From Octopus sinensis (taxonomy: Eukaryota), in the NCBI RefSeq assembly GCF_006345805.1, contig NC_042997.1, positions 211,916,001-211,980,000 of the forward strand: DNA of 64,000 nt. Reading direction: 5' to 3'. Below, piece by piece: positions 26,261 through 37,787 of this stretch. Position 1 is the stretch's first letter. The number at the start of each line of letters is the position of its first letter. A program made the translations under genes and the position numbers. The notes beneath the pieces were generated by a model, which saw only the letters and a program-made list of their open reading frames with translations, did no database searches and was not told the origin of the DNA.

Positions 26261-26435
26261 CAGTGGTTTCCAATCCTTTTATTGAAAGGAGTTTTTTCAT
26301 GGACCCCTTTTAACACATTCATACTTTTGTATGTGTAATATACATATATATGTAATTTTGAAATTAGTTCCCGAACCCCCAGTACTGCCTTTACAGCCCA
26401 CAAGGGGTCTGCAGAGCCCAGGTTGGGAACCACTG
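26261..26435. mobile_element. hAT-type MITE inserted into a SINE-B tail
   Basis: TIRs CAGTGGTTTCCAATCCT / AGGTTGGGAACCACTG; degenerate 8-bp TSD (GTCTAATG / CTTTAAGG). Confidence 0.7.
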
Positions 26436-26494
26436 CTTTAAGGGCTGAAACAAGTAAAAAATAAAGATGCAAGCATGGGAAAGTAGACATTAAA

Positions 26495-26978
26495 TTGATG
26501 ATGATGATGGTGGTAGTGATGATGATGGTGGTGGTGGTTGTGGTGATGTTTATGGTGGTGGTGGTGGTGATGATGACGATGATGTTGGTGGTGGTGGTGA
26601 TGATGATGATGATGACGTTGGTGGTGGTGATGATGATGATGAAGGTGGTGGTGATGGTGATGTTGATAGTGGTGGTGGTGATGGTGATGGTGACGATGGT
26701 GGTGGTGGTGCTGCTGATGATGAAGGTGGTGGTGATGATGACGTTGATGGTGGTGGTGATGGTGATGATGGTGGTGGTGATGATGGTGGTGGTGATGATG
26801 ACGATGGTGGTGGTGATGATGAAGCTGGTGGTGTTGATGGTGATGATGACGATGATGGTGGTGGTGGTGGTGATGTTTATGATGGTGGTGGTGATGACGA
26901 TGATGGTGGTGGTGGTAGTGGTGATGGTGATGATGAAGGTGGTGGTGATGGTGGTGATGATGATGATGGTGGTGATAG
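26495..26978. repeat. Compound (GGT/GAT)n trinucleotide tract
   Basis: Read directly; source of the poly-V/M ORF. Confidence 0.95.
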
Positions 26979-27087
26979 TTTCACTAACCTAATAAATACA
27001 CCTTTACTGGTCATCAGTTTTGTCTTTCTTTTAATGAAATCAAATAAAAAAAGCCCCCCAAAAAAAGGGGGGGGGGCCTGAGCTTAC

Positions 27088-27263
27088 TTTGATGGATGTT
27101 TGTTGTGTTTATTTCGATGAAGTCGTCCCTGTCCGGTCGGGATTGCTCATGGCGCAATCCGAGCACGTGCAGCAATTCATGCACCACGATGCCATTCGAC
27201 CGGCAGAACACGCTGAGATAGATTTTCTGCACTCTCCCGTTATATCCAACTTGACTGCCACAA
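27088..27263 (-). CDS. Astacin-MAM metalloprotease exon (zinc-binding motif)
   Basis: Acceptor tgttcgtttgcag, donor CAAA|gtaagc, phase 2 to 1. Reads (G)CGSQVG..CRSNGIVVHELLHVLGLRHEQSRPDRDDFIEINTTNIHQ, the astacin HEXXHXXGXXHEXXRXDRD signature. Confidence 0.97.
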
Positions 27264-27774
27264 CTGCAAACGAACAAATGAGTTGTTAATTATCAATTAA
27301 GCTTTGTTGAGCAATAAGCAACATATTATGTTTGTATCGACATTTTTTTATGCTTGTCTGTGGAGTGGGGTGGAGGGGAAGAAAGGGAGGAGACAACCCT
27401 CTGAAAGAACTTCATATCAGGAGTTGTGTCCCCCTTGTCACAAGTCCCCACTACCAGGTGGCACTTAATGTTTGTAAACTGGTTTGTGTAGTGGCGGTGG
27501 TGGGGAAACAGTGAGTGTTGATTGGGCGAAAAAATTTGGTCAGAGTGAGAAATGGGACGCATTTAGGACATAGCACAAATAAATATAATAATAATAATAA
27601 TAATGAGGAGGAGGAGTAAAGAAGAGAAAGAGGGGTAAGAAGTTTTTAGTAGGAGGTGAATAACGAGGTAGAGAAAGGTGGAGGAAGCAGAATTATGGGA
27701 GGATGGGGTTGATTAAAGAAGAGCAAATAGAATAAGGTGCTACACGGTTGCCCTGGATTAAGGGGTGCAGTAAA

Positions 27775-28157
27775 TCATCATCATCATCATCATCGTTAAA
27801 CGTCTGTTTTCCATGCTAGCACGGGTTGGAAGGTTCGACTGGGGTCTGTGAAGCCAGAAGGCTGCACCAGGCCCCAGTCTGATCTGGCAGTGTTTCTACA
27901 GCTGGATGCCCTTCCTAACACCAACTACTCCGTGAGTGTAGTGGGTGCTTTTTATGTGCCACCTGCACAGGAGCCAGGCGAGGATGGCAAACGGCCACAT
28001 TCAGATGGATCTTTTTACGTGCCACCGGCACTGGTATCACAACTACAATTTCCATTGATTTTTTTTTTTGATCGATTTCGATTTCACTTGCCTCAACAGG
28101 TCTTCGCAAGCAGAATTTTGTGTCCCAAGAAGGAAAGGTATGCATAAGTGGACTGGC
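27775..28157 (-). mobile_element. RTE 3' UTR fragment, inverted relative to the adjacent RT-bearing copy
   Basis: (CAT)n then reverse-complement UTR modules. Confidence 0.75.
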
Positions 28158-30007
28158 TACATCCCAGGTAAAGGTCACGGAGAGAATCATAGCCCATCTC
28201 ATTAGGGAGAGAGTCTGCTTAGATGAGATGCAGTTTGGTTTTGTGCTGAGTAGAAGCACCTCTGATGCCATATTCCTGGTTCGACAACTGCACGAGAAAT
28301 ACCTAGCTAAAGATAAGCCCCTATACTTAGCTTTTGTGGACTTGGAGAAAGCCTTTTACAGGATCCTCTGATTCCCTATCTGGTGGCCGATGCAGAAACT
28401 GGAGATTGACAAATGGTTAACAGGGGCTGTATAGATCCTATACAGAGTGTGCGTTAGTAAGGTTAGGATTAGCAATAAGTATAGTGAAGAATTCCAGGTA
28501 GAAGTAGGGGTCTACCAGGGTTCAGACCTCCGTCCCCTTTTATTCATCATAGTCCTCCAGGCAATAACAGAGGAATTCAAGACGAGTTGCCTCTGGTTGC
28601 TCCTCTATGCTGATGACCTGGCCCTCATTGCAGAATCACTACCAGAACTAGAAAAGAAATTTCGGGTGTTGAAGCAAGGTTTTGAATCAAAGGGTCTTAG
28701 AGTCAATGTAGACCAAAGTTCTAGTACGTAGGAAGGCGAACACATCACCCCCTTCCCCCTCAGGAATGTGGCCCTGCTCGATCTGTAGAAAAGGTGTAGG
28801 TAGAAACTCCATAAGATGTAGCCAGTGTAAGCTATGGACACATAAGAGGTGCTGCAACATCAAAGGAAGATTAACCGAGAAGATAGCTTTCATGTACGGC
28901 AGATACACAGGGGCAATAAACACTACAGATGCTCAGAAAACAGATGCCATCACACTCCAGGGGGAGAAACTAGAAGTAGTTGATAGCTTCCACTACCTAG
29001 TTGGGGTGGATTCTCAGAGAGTGTTTCCACTAGAATAAGAATAGCATGGGTAAAGTTTAGAAAGCTTCTACCCTTACTGGTGACAAAAGGCTGCTCGCTC
29101 AGAGTAAAAGGTAGATTGTACGATGCATGTGTGTGAACTGCCATGCTTCATGGTAGTGAAACATGGGCTGTGACTGCAGAGGACATTCGTAGAATTGAAA
29201 GAAATGAAGCTAGCATGATCCGCTGAATGTGTAATGTCAGTGTGCACACACGACTGAGTGTAGGTGCCCTGAGAGAAATGCTGGACATAAGAAGCATTGG
29301 ATGTGGTGTGCAAGAGAGACGTCTGCGCTGGTATGGTCATGTACTATGGATGGATGAGGAGAGATGTGTGAAGAAGTGCCACTCCCAAACACTAGAAGGA
29401 ATCCGGGGTACTGGTAGACCCAGGAAGATGTGGGTTGAGGTTGTCAAACATGACCTTTGAACGTTGGGCCTCACAGAGGCAATGACGAAAGACAGACCTC
29501 TGGAGATATGCTGTGACTGCGAAGACCTGGCAAATAAAGTGACTTCATGGCTGTATCCTACACCAGTTTCGCATAACCAACCCCAGCCCATTCAAAAGCA
29601 CCTTGGATCATAGGGCAACCTGCTGTGCTTGAGGAGACCTATTGAGTCAAGTGCATCAACATCAAAATAAATATCAAATGGAAATTGTAGTTGTGATACC
29701 AGGTGGCAAGTAAAAAGAACCATCTGAACGTGGCCAATGCCAGCGCCGCATTGACTGGCTTCCGTGCCAGTGGCACGTAAAAAGCACCAACCAATCGTGG
29801 ACGTTGCCAGCCTCGCCTGGCACCTGTGCAGGTGGCACGTAAACAGCACCCACTACACTCCCGGAGTGGTTGGCGTTAGGAAAGGCATCCAGCTGTAGAA
29901 ACATTGTCAAATCAGACTGGGAGCCTGGTGCAGCCTCCTGGCTTCCCAGACCCCAGTCGAACCGTCCAGCCCATGCTAGCATGGAAAGCAGACGTTAAAT
30001 GATGATA
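28158..30007 (+). mobile_element. RTE-clade LINE, 5'-truncated (RT domain to 3' tail), decayed
   Basis: QFGF..STSDAIFLVRQLHEK..AFVDLEKAF, LLYADDLALIAES and RLRWYGHVLWMDE motifs; UTR ends GTTAAATGATGAT. Confidence 0.92.
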
Positions 30008-30439
30008 ACGTACACAACTTGCTCTTACACGAGAGGTAAACCTAAGTGGCACACGGAATTCTCTCATCCATTTTAATTTACCTTCTACAGCATGTATTAT
30101 CTTGACACGGCAAGATAATACTTACTCATTCTTCATTTATGTACCGCTTCAACCAAAGCATGTTATTGGTGAATTCTTACCTGGTTCTAAATTGGTATTA
30201 AATTATTTGTGAAGTTCAAGAATGGCTCTTTCATTTATTCCAATCAAGAATGCATTTTACCTTTCGTTACACGAGGATTTTTGCTTCTTAATTAACCTCT
30301 GATTCCAGCAGTAACAAGGTGAAGTTACAGCATTCTGTCTTATTACAGTAGCCAGCATTCTGGTTACAGTGGCAACCCCTTGTTATACAAGGATATATAT
30401 ATGTATGCAGCATGTATGTATAATTTGAATATTTGTATG

Positions 30440-30442
<3 letters not shown>

Positions 30443-30513
<71 letters not shown>
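30443..30513. repeat. (AAT)n microsatellite
   Basis: Read directly. Confidence 0.97.
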
Positions 30514-30589
30514 CCTTGCTTGCCGCTGTTAGAATTAACAATATAATAACTATTGGAAATGTGATGCTACCCAGAAACATTTAAGAAAT

Positions 30590-31545
30590 AAGATGAAGAG
30601 GAAAGGGTACACAAGTGGAAAATGAAACCACTGCATGGTCAACACCTCAGAGAAATTGAAGGAAAAGGCAAGATCAATGCTTGGAGATTGCTAAGAAAAA
30701 AGATGTGAAAGGATGCAGTGAGGCATTGATATGCAGCATTGAGGAACAAGCTCTAAGAACTAATTACACCAAGTTCCAAATAGATAAGAGCAGGGAATTG
30801 CCCTTTTGTAGGATGTGTGGCAGTGGAAATGGAACAATCTCACATATTGTGAGTGAGTGAGGGTAGCAAGCTGGCCCCAAAAGCACTAGAAAAAGAGAAG
30901 GCACAATAACGTGGCTAAGTCTGTTCACAGGAAACTGTGGGAAAAGTATGGTCTGGGCAGAGGATGGAAATGGTACAAATATGGACCAGGAGTCACCAAG
31001 AACAAGGAATATAAGATACTGTAGGATTTGACGATCCAATGTGACTCCCTAATTGTTGCTCAGAGACCAAATATTGTTGAGGTAGATAAAGGGAAAAAGG
31101 AAACGAAGATCATAGATATTGCAATCCCTGGAGATGCATGCACAAGTGACAAAGAAGTAGAAAAGATCGGAAAGTACAAACTGCTAAAAGATGAAATTGC
31201 AAGAATGTGGACTATGAGGAGAATGTCTACCATTCCAACAGCACTGTGAACCAAATTTGAGAAATATGTCAGAGAAATCGGAATTGACATGAGAGCAGAA
31301 CAGATCCAAAAAACTGTACTGCTGGGGACAGCTAGGATTTTGAGATTGGTAATTTGATGATTTTGAGATTTGTACTTTGATGTTGAATGTCTCCCACAGT
31401 AATAAACAACCCAAGTATCAAAGCTTATAATGTGTGGAAAGAGACCCTGTGAGGCCTCTGACAGCAGGCTGCTGTCTGTTCTCATAGAATATACCAGAAC
31501 AAACAAGACCAAATGTTCTGAGAAAATAATAATAATAATCTTATA
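30590..31545 (+). mobile_element. Dong/R4-like LINE 3' fragment with a (TAA)n tail
   Basis: ORF 31028-31249 RPNIVEVDK..IIDIAIPGD..KEVEKIGKY (PD..D/ExK-type REL endonuclease); CRMCGSGNGTISHIV knuckle upstream. Confidence 0.8.
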
Positions 31546-32607
31546 ATAATTTTGCTTGTCATTTCGTTACTTAGCCTGTCTGTAATGCTTTCACATGATT
31601 AAAGAAAAAGAGGGAGAGAGAAGTGTCAGGTGAATAGCTGGAGGGAAAGAGAGAAGAAAGAAAAAGGAGAGAGAAGAGGATAAGGTGAAGAGTGAGAGAG
31701 GAGTGTCCATGATGCGAGGTAGGGATAACGTAATATTTATTAAGCAGTTAAAAATGTTAGTTGATGGTAGTGATGATATAGAGGAAGAGTTAAAAATATA
31801 AATTTAGCAGAGGGGTGATGTTCTGATGGTGAGGTTAAAGGAAGGCAGGGAGGGGAGAGAGAGTGATGGTGGTGGAAGTGGCTTTAGTGATTGTATAGTG
31901 AAAAGTTTTTTATTTCACCTATCACCGAATGCATGCACATAAGTACAATTCCATGAAATATTCCCACTTATTTACATGGCAGATGTTTGCAATTTAACTA
32001 AAGGTTGTATCATATGTATGGGATTCTTTTTGTTTGTTTATAAGAAAAATGGAAAAATTAAAATATTTTATGAGTGCTGTGTCTTAAGCCTATCAAATTG
32101 TGCATAAAGTATATAAAATTTACATATAAAGTGAATTAAATAATCAGCATATTCCAGTTTCTTTCACTTTATAATGAGAAGCAGACGAACGACTGTCTTT
32201 GCATAGAGACACAAAACCGACTACATTTTATGTTTTTGGATAAAGTTTTCAGAAATAACACAATGGGTGTACAAGTCTGTGAAATATTCACAGGTCTCGC
32301 TAGTAATAATAATAATAATATCAATAATAATAATGTTATCATGTACATGTTTTGTTTTGGTATAAAAGATGGCTTACAGGAGCTGTTCATGTGCCACCAG
32401 CATTAGCCACCTTGCTTCCATGAAGCCCACTGTTACAAAGGTGCTTTTTATGTGTCACTGACAAGGGTAGCAGTTATGCGACACCAGCATTGGTCATGAC
32501 TGCGATCTAACTTGGCTTGATGGGTTTTCTCAAGCACAGCATATTGCCAAATGTCTCAGTCACTAGTCACTGCCTCTGTGAAGCAATACACACACACACA
32601 CACACAC

Positions 32608-32826
32608 AAGGAAATCAGATGACAAAAGACTAAATGATTATCTTATGAACTTCCATTAGCTTACAGCTGTTTCTGCTCTAAGACGCAACAGACTCATAGT
32701 TGAGTGCCTGAGGAACAGCTTCAATGGAGTGAGAAGGTGTTCCTCACGCATTTTAGAGCAGAAACGACTGTAAGCTAATGGAAGTTCATAAGAGAATCAT
32801 TTCGTTCTTTGTCCTCTCATTTCCTT
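32608..32826. mobile_element. Fold-back MITE-like element with arms of about 70 bp
   Basis: TCTTATGAACTTCCATTAGCTTACAGCTGTTTCTGCTCTA pairs with TAGAGCAGAAACGACTGTAAGCTAATGGAAGTTCATAAGA. Confidence 0.7.
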
Positions 32827-33275
32827 ACTCTGTACTCTGTACTCAACTAATGATTCATTCTGAAGCAGATGTGTATTGAGTTCTACTCCAGGTTATTGGT
32901 CACACAATGCCTAAACAAATTATTAAAACGTAACATATATATATATAATCAAAATAAGTCAAGGGATATCCAGAGTTGATGCAGTACGATTGCTTCAGGC
33001 GACTCCATTTAATTGAACAATGCAATCATTGCATTAATTTGAAAGCAGAGCTATCTTCAGTTGCATAAATAAATAGAATTTAATCAGTCGGACACATTTG
33101 TTGAATTTTATTTCAATCCTCTAAGAAGGTAAGAAGACAGACAAAGTCCATGCTGTTTCCACTTCAGCTTAGAAGCTGCTCCTTCACCTTATTTGGAAAC
33201 TGTACGGATAATACTGCACTAATTTTTGGTGCCTCAACTTAAGTACCTAATTCATCTGAATTTCATTTATTTTGT

Positions 33276-33309
<34 letters not shown>

Positions 33310-33538
33310 ACGACCTCAACGACCTCGAACATACAAGTGCAAACAAGGGAGTCAGAGAAAGGCAGAATGCCACTTATATCTGAACACTATACAAATATTC
33401 CTTTAAAAAAACTTTTCTTCTAATTTTTCTAAATTTAATTATTTAATCGTTACAGTTGAAAAGGTCTCAAAATGACCGAAACCGGTACAGAAATGTTCTT
33501 TATAAAATTATTTTAGCATTTTCTATTTTGACTTGTTT

Positions 33539-33584
<46 letters not shown>

Positions 33585-33717
33585 TAATGGTGTCATTGAG
33601 ACCCAAAGGTGTCAGGTAAAGCTGAATAAGTGCTATAGACAGACCATAGTTAAGTTCCAGATTTGGTAATTTTTTGAATAAGGTGTTCAGCATTGGTTCT
33701 ATGTTAGCGTGTGTATA

Positions 33718-33838
33718 TAAGAATTTTTTTCGTAATGAGATAAAAACGAAGGCTGTGTAGATATTAGAACATTTATATCTATAAATGTTCTATCTACACA
33801 GCCTTGGTTTTTTATCTCATTGCGCAAAAAAATTCTTA
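33718..33838. repeat. Near-perfect 121-nt hairpin (arms about 59 nt, 2-nt loop)
   Basis: TAAGAATTTTTTT..GGCTGTGTAGATA..AGAACATTTATA-TC-TATAAATGTTCTATCTACACAGCC..AAAAAAATTCTTA. Confidence 0.85.
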
Positions 33839-33848
33839 AATATATATA

Positions 33849-33889
<41 letters not shown>

Positions 33890-33913
33890 TGTGGGAGTTG
33901 GTATTTGTACATA

Positions 33914-34310
33914 TTGGGCTGGAACAAAAGATTTTGACCATTTCTTAAAGTAAAATGTTTAGCTATTTGTAAAAGTCTTCATTCATCAACATATTTCCCA
34001 TTTTGTTCCACCACCATTTGGCATCTTTGAGGCAGCTTCAAGACCCCATCCTCCCACTCCATAGCATCCTTCTGGGTCATGAACTGGTCTTCCAAATAAG
34101 TTCTCATCAAGAGAACTTTGTAAGGATTAAAATAAATGGTAATCCATTGATGCAATGTCTGGTGAGTATGATGGGGACGTAAAAACATCCCAGCCAATTT
34201 GTTCCAATTTCTGCCAGGATCATAAAGAAATATGAAACCTAGCATTGTCCTTAAGAAAAACAACACACTTCTGATTGACCAGTTCTGGACATTTTTCATT
34301 GATTGGCTCT
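33914..34310 (-). mobile_element. Mariner-family transposon 3' remnant
   Basis: Minus-strand KDNARFH..KLEQIGWDVF..YSPDIASMDYHLF with frameshifts and KLPQRCQMVVEQNGKY; TA|TTGGGCTGGAAC terminus. Confidence 0.78.
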
Positions 34311-34532
34311 TTTAATCAGTCTAATTAGGAACAATAATTGTCGGAATTCAATGTCCAGTTTTATAGAAGAGACTTTGTAATACACAATGTCCTTCCGATT
34401 CCACTGGACACGGTATTACCTTCATAAGACAATAGGTCTTCTGGATCAGGGATGACCTATGGCTAAACACCAGTGGTTCCTATGTAAGACACCATTTCTG
34501 TCAGTAGATAAAATAAAAATAAATATATTCAC

Positions 34533-34668
34533 CCATCTGCATTTACAAATTTAATATAAATTTCCTCGTTAGTTTGATTAACAAAAGTAATACAATCTTT
34601 TCCGTTGTAACGAGTTAGGTCCTCAATAGTTTTCATTGCTGTTAAAAACTTTTTCTTGTCAAGTTCAG
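34533..34668 (-). CDS. Astacin-MAM metalloprotease exon (N-terminal catalytic subdomain); missed by the ORF track
   Basis: Acceptor ttatgtatttcag, donor GATGG|gtgaat, phase 1 to 2. Reads (S)ELDKKKFLTAMKTIEDLTRYNGKDCITFVNQTNEEIYIKFVNAD(G), with the astacin AM..IE..T..CI.F..T.E..YI.F pattern. Confidence 0.92.
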
Positions 34669-34968
34669 CTGAAATACATAAATTAGCATAAAATTAACAT
34701 AAAATTAGAGCCAATAAGGAAGTCTCTTGTCATGCTAGAAACAACAGTTATTCTTCAAACTGCATGCTACCATCTTAAGAGAGAGCACAGTGGACAGGGA
34801 AGTTCTGGCTACACAAAAAGACAAGATGGTCATGGCTGGAACATCTTTGATCATAGTTCAACTCTATCAGGGCTAAACTAGGGTTAAACAACAGCATTTA
34901 GTGAATATTGATGTTTGATATGGAATGTGAGAGAGAGTGAGAGAGGAGAGAGAGAGGGGGAGAGAGAG

Positions 34969-34999
<31 letters not shown>

Positions 35000-35402
35000 G
35001 TGTGTGTTTTACAGTGAAGGCTAATTTAATGACCACCTCCAAAGAGAGGCAGTTTGCATTGTCATTGTTCAAAGGACACATACACCCCCCCAGTACGACC
35101 CAACAAGGGAGTATCTACGTAGTCACTTGACTTGCTAGACATAATAACTAAATCTCTCATTACATTCTGTGATCTTAAAAAGAGGAAGGATATACATTGT
35201 GTAATGTAGTCCAAGGTAGACTAGGTCTGAAATGAATAATGGCAAAGTGATGGCTGGGATGCTGTTAATCATAGACCTCTTCTGTAGAGGCTGACTTGGG
35301 GCTAAACAATAATTGCTTTATCCTGGAGTAGTTCTTAATAATTGTTTCAGAACAAGGCCAACAGTTTTGAGGGGAGGGGGAGGGCTAATCACCCCTTTAA
35401 AT

Positions 35403-35640
35403 ACCTATTTCTTTACTACCCACAAGGGGCTAAACACAGAGAGGACAAACAAAGACAGATATATGGATTAAGTCAATTATATCGACCCCAGTGCGTAACT
35501 GGTACCTATTTAATTGACCTCAAAAGGATGAAAGGCAAAGTTGAACTCGGCGGAATTTGAACTCAGAATGTAGTGGCAGACGAAATACGGTTACGCATTT
35601 TGCCTGGCGTGCTAACGGTTCTGCCAGCTCACTGCCCCTT
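35403..35640 (-). mobile_element. tRNA-type SINE, family A
   Basis: Similar to 4727-4962. Confidence 0.85.
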
Positions 35641-35834
35641 TAAATACCATCAACTCAAATACGTGACTGTTTATTCTATAACCTCAAAAGGGTGGAAGTT
35701 GAAGTGGAGAAGATTTGAACCCTGAATGCTAAGGACTGGAACAGATACTGCTTTAAGGATTCTGCTAATTCCTTACTTTTAAGAAATAGGGTTTCATTAT
35801 AATGAGGATTCTACTGCTGTGGTCACAGTGGCTA

Positions 35835-36232
35835 GGATCTTTTCATTTTGACCGGCAGATTTTTAAAATAATTTCTTTGTAACTAAACACTTTTAAACTT
35901 GTTATCCAGCTCTGTTTATGAGTGACCCCTCAGTTTATGGCCACAGGGTATCTTTTTTCTCATAAATAACAAATTGATATGACACCACCAGAAAATGTTG
36001 TTGACAAACTACGGCAGAAATTGAATTCACCTCAATAGACGTCATTGATTGGTTGAAATCGTTGAAATGCAAGAAATTAAACAACAAATAGCTTACAAAC
36101 TACGGAATTTTCTCAAGAAAGCCAAGAGAAAAAGATGTTTTATGCGACACATTCTACAAGCATACGAAGTTTAAAAGTGTTTAGTTACAAAGAAATTATT
36201 TTTAAAATCTGCCGGTCAAAGCGAAAAGATCC
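35835..36232. mobile_element. Long-TIR MITE (GGATCTTTTC termini)
   Basis: GGATCTTTTCATTTTGACCGGCAGATTTT / AAAATCTGCCGGTCAAAGCGAAAAGATCC; flanks CAGTGGCTA / CAGTGGCTG. Confidence 0.8.
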
Positions 36233-37117
36233 CAGTGGCTGTACAGAGGGATTGATCCATAGCTATGGTACGGATGTATAGTCATTAAAATGATCCTAAA
36301 ACCCATCTTTACAATTTCAATGGATCAATATATATATCTCTGAATTCCTCAGCCCCAATCTCGGTCTTCATGACTTTAATCATTTCCATACTTCTACGAC
36401 TAATTCAGAATCCCTTTTTACAAACCCCTAATTCTTTTGTCTTAGTCTTTGTCCACATGACTTGTGTGCTTAAGACATTTGCTTTGCAACCTCATGATTT
36501 TGAGTTCAATCTGGCTGCGCAGAACCTTGATTAAGGGTTTTCTACTCTAGTGTTGGCAAAAAACTTGTGGGGGAAATTCACTTGACGAAATTGGAGGAAC
36601 TTTTTCTGCTGTTGTGTGGTAAACTTTATCCATTTGCCTCTTTGAGCACAATCTTTCATGCCTTTAGCAGGGACTGCTCTCACAACCCTTCAAGTGGGGC
36701 CTCTAGTTTGAAAACATCTTCTGAACTTGGAAATCCTAGAAATAGTCATAGCATTGCTCTTTCACATCTGATTACTGCATCTTTAAAGATCCATTCCCAA
36801 TAAGTTACAAAAATTTCAAGATTTACTGGAACTATCGAAATTATAGCAGCAAAATTCTTAACAAATGAAAGATTAAGAAATCTCAGGTTACCTTTAGCAA
36901 TAATCTTTTTTTATTTTATTTTTGTACAATGTTTTGTTCTGTTTGATCTCTTAAGATGAGATCACTTATTTGAACATTTCTAATCTTTATGAGCAACAAC
37001 TTGTCTCAGACATTTACTCATTTAATCTCAACATTTAATCTCAATGCTTAATCTTTAACATTTAATCTTTACAAATTCTTTACACCAGTTTTTTAACAAA
37101 GAAATGCTGGTACTTAC

Positions 37118-37193
37118 AAAAATCTTGAGTTATTTTGTATGGAATCTTTGTTTGTGGCCATTGACCACTACTATTAGGGACTACATTTCTTTT
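37118..37193 (-). CDS. Astacin-MAM metalloprotease exon (activation site and mature N-terminus)
   Basis: Long pyrimidine tract ..ttttatttcag, donor TTTT|gtaagt, phase 0 to 1. Reads KRNVVPNSSGQWPQTKIPYKITQDF, with the astacin WP...IPY motif. Confidence 0.92.
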
Positions 37194-37483
37194 CTGAAAT
37201 AAAAAAGCAAAAACAAAAAAAAAAGCAAACAAAACAAAGATTGACAATGATTTGTCTTAGTGTGGACTGTGATAATGAAAAAGACTTGTCTTAGTGTGGG
37301 ATGTATCAGTCAATCATCTGGTGCCTTTAGAGTTTGTGTGATGGCTCTGATGTTGTTCTGTGTTTTTGAAGGCAGATTGAAGAGGAATTACAAGGTAGGG
37401 AGCCTCTATGTAGTCACACAGCCTGATAGAAATAGGAGCTAAATCTCTCTCATGCCACTCTCAAGCTCAGGAGAAATATTTAA

Positions 37484-37704
37484 CCCTTTAGTGTTCACAT
37501 TATTCTGCCAAAATTAATCCTTTTTTATCCATATTGTTTTGAACTAATCATGCATTATCTTGTAGCTATGATATTTTGATGAGGTAGCTGTTAATTTTTC
37601 AAATGATCTTGTAGGGTTGGTGTGAGAGACCAGATCTGGCCATGCTGAACATAAAACAGGCAGGATGCTTTTGGCCGGATATGACCGGTTTAAATGCTAA
37701 AGGG
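37484..37704. mobile_element. piggyBac-type MITE, 221 bp
   Basis: TTAA|CCCTTTAGTGTT ... AATGCTAAAGGG|TTAA. Confidence 0.8.
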
Positions 37705-37787
37705 TTAAAAAAAAAATTGAAGAAAAATATTTTTGTGGAAAGTTAAAAATTGTGATGCGAAGAATCTATTTGACTCTTTCTACTTAC

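Noticed and set aside
27053-27078. C6-A7-G10 hairpin or G-run beside the exon donor
   Set aside because: Only a 6-bp homopolymer stem and a single G-run; not distinguishable from chance.
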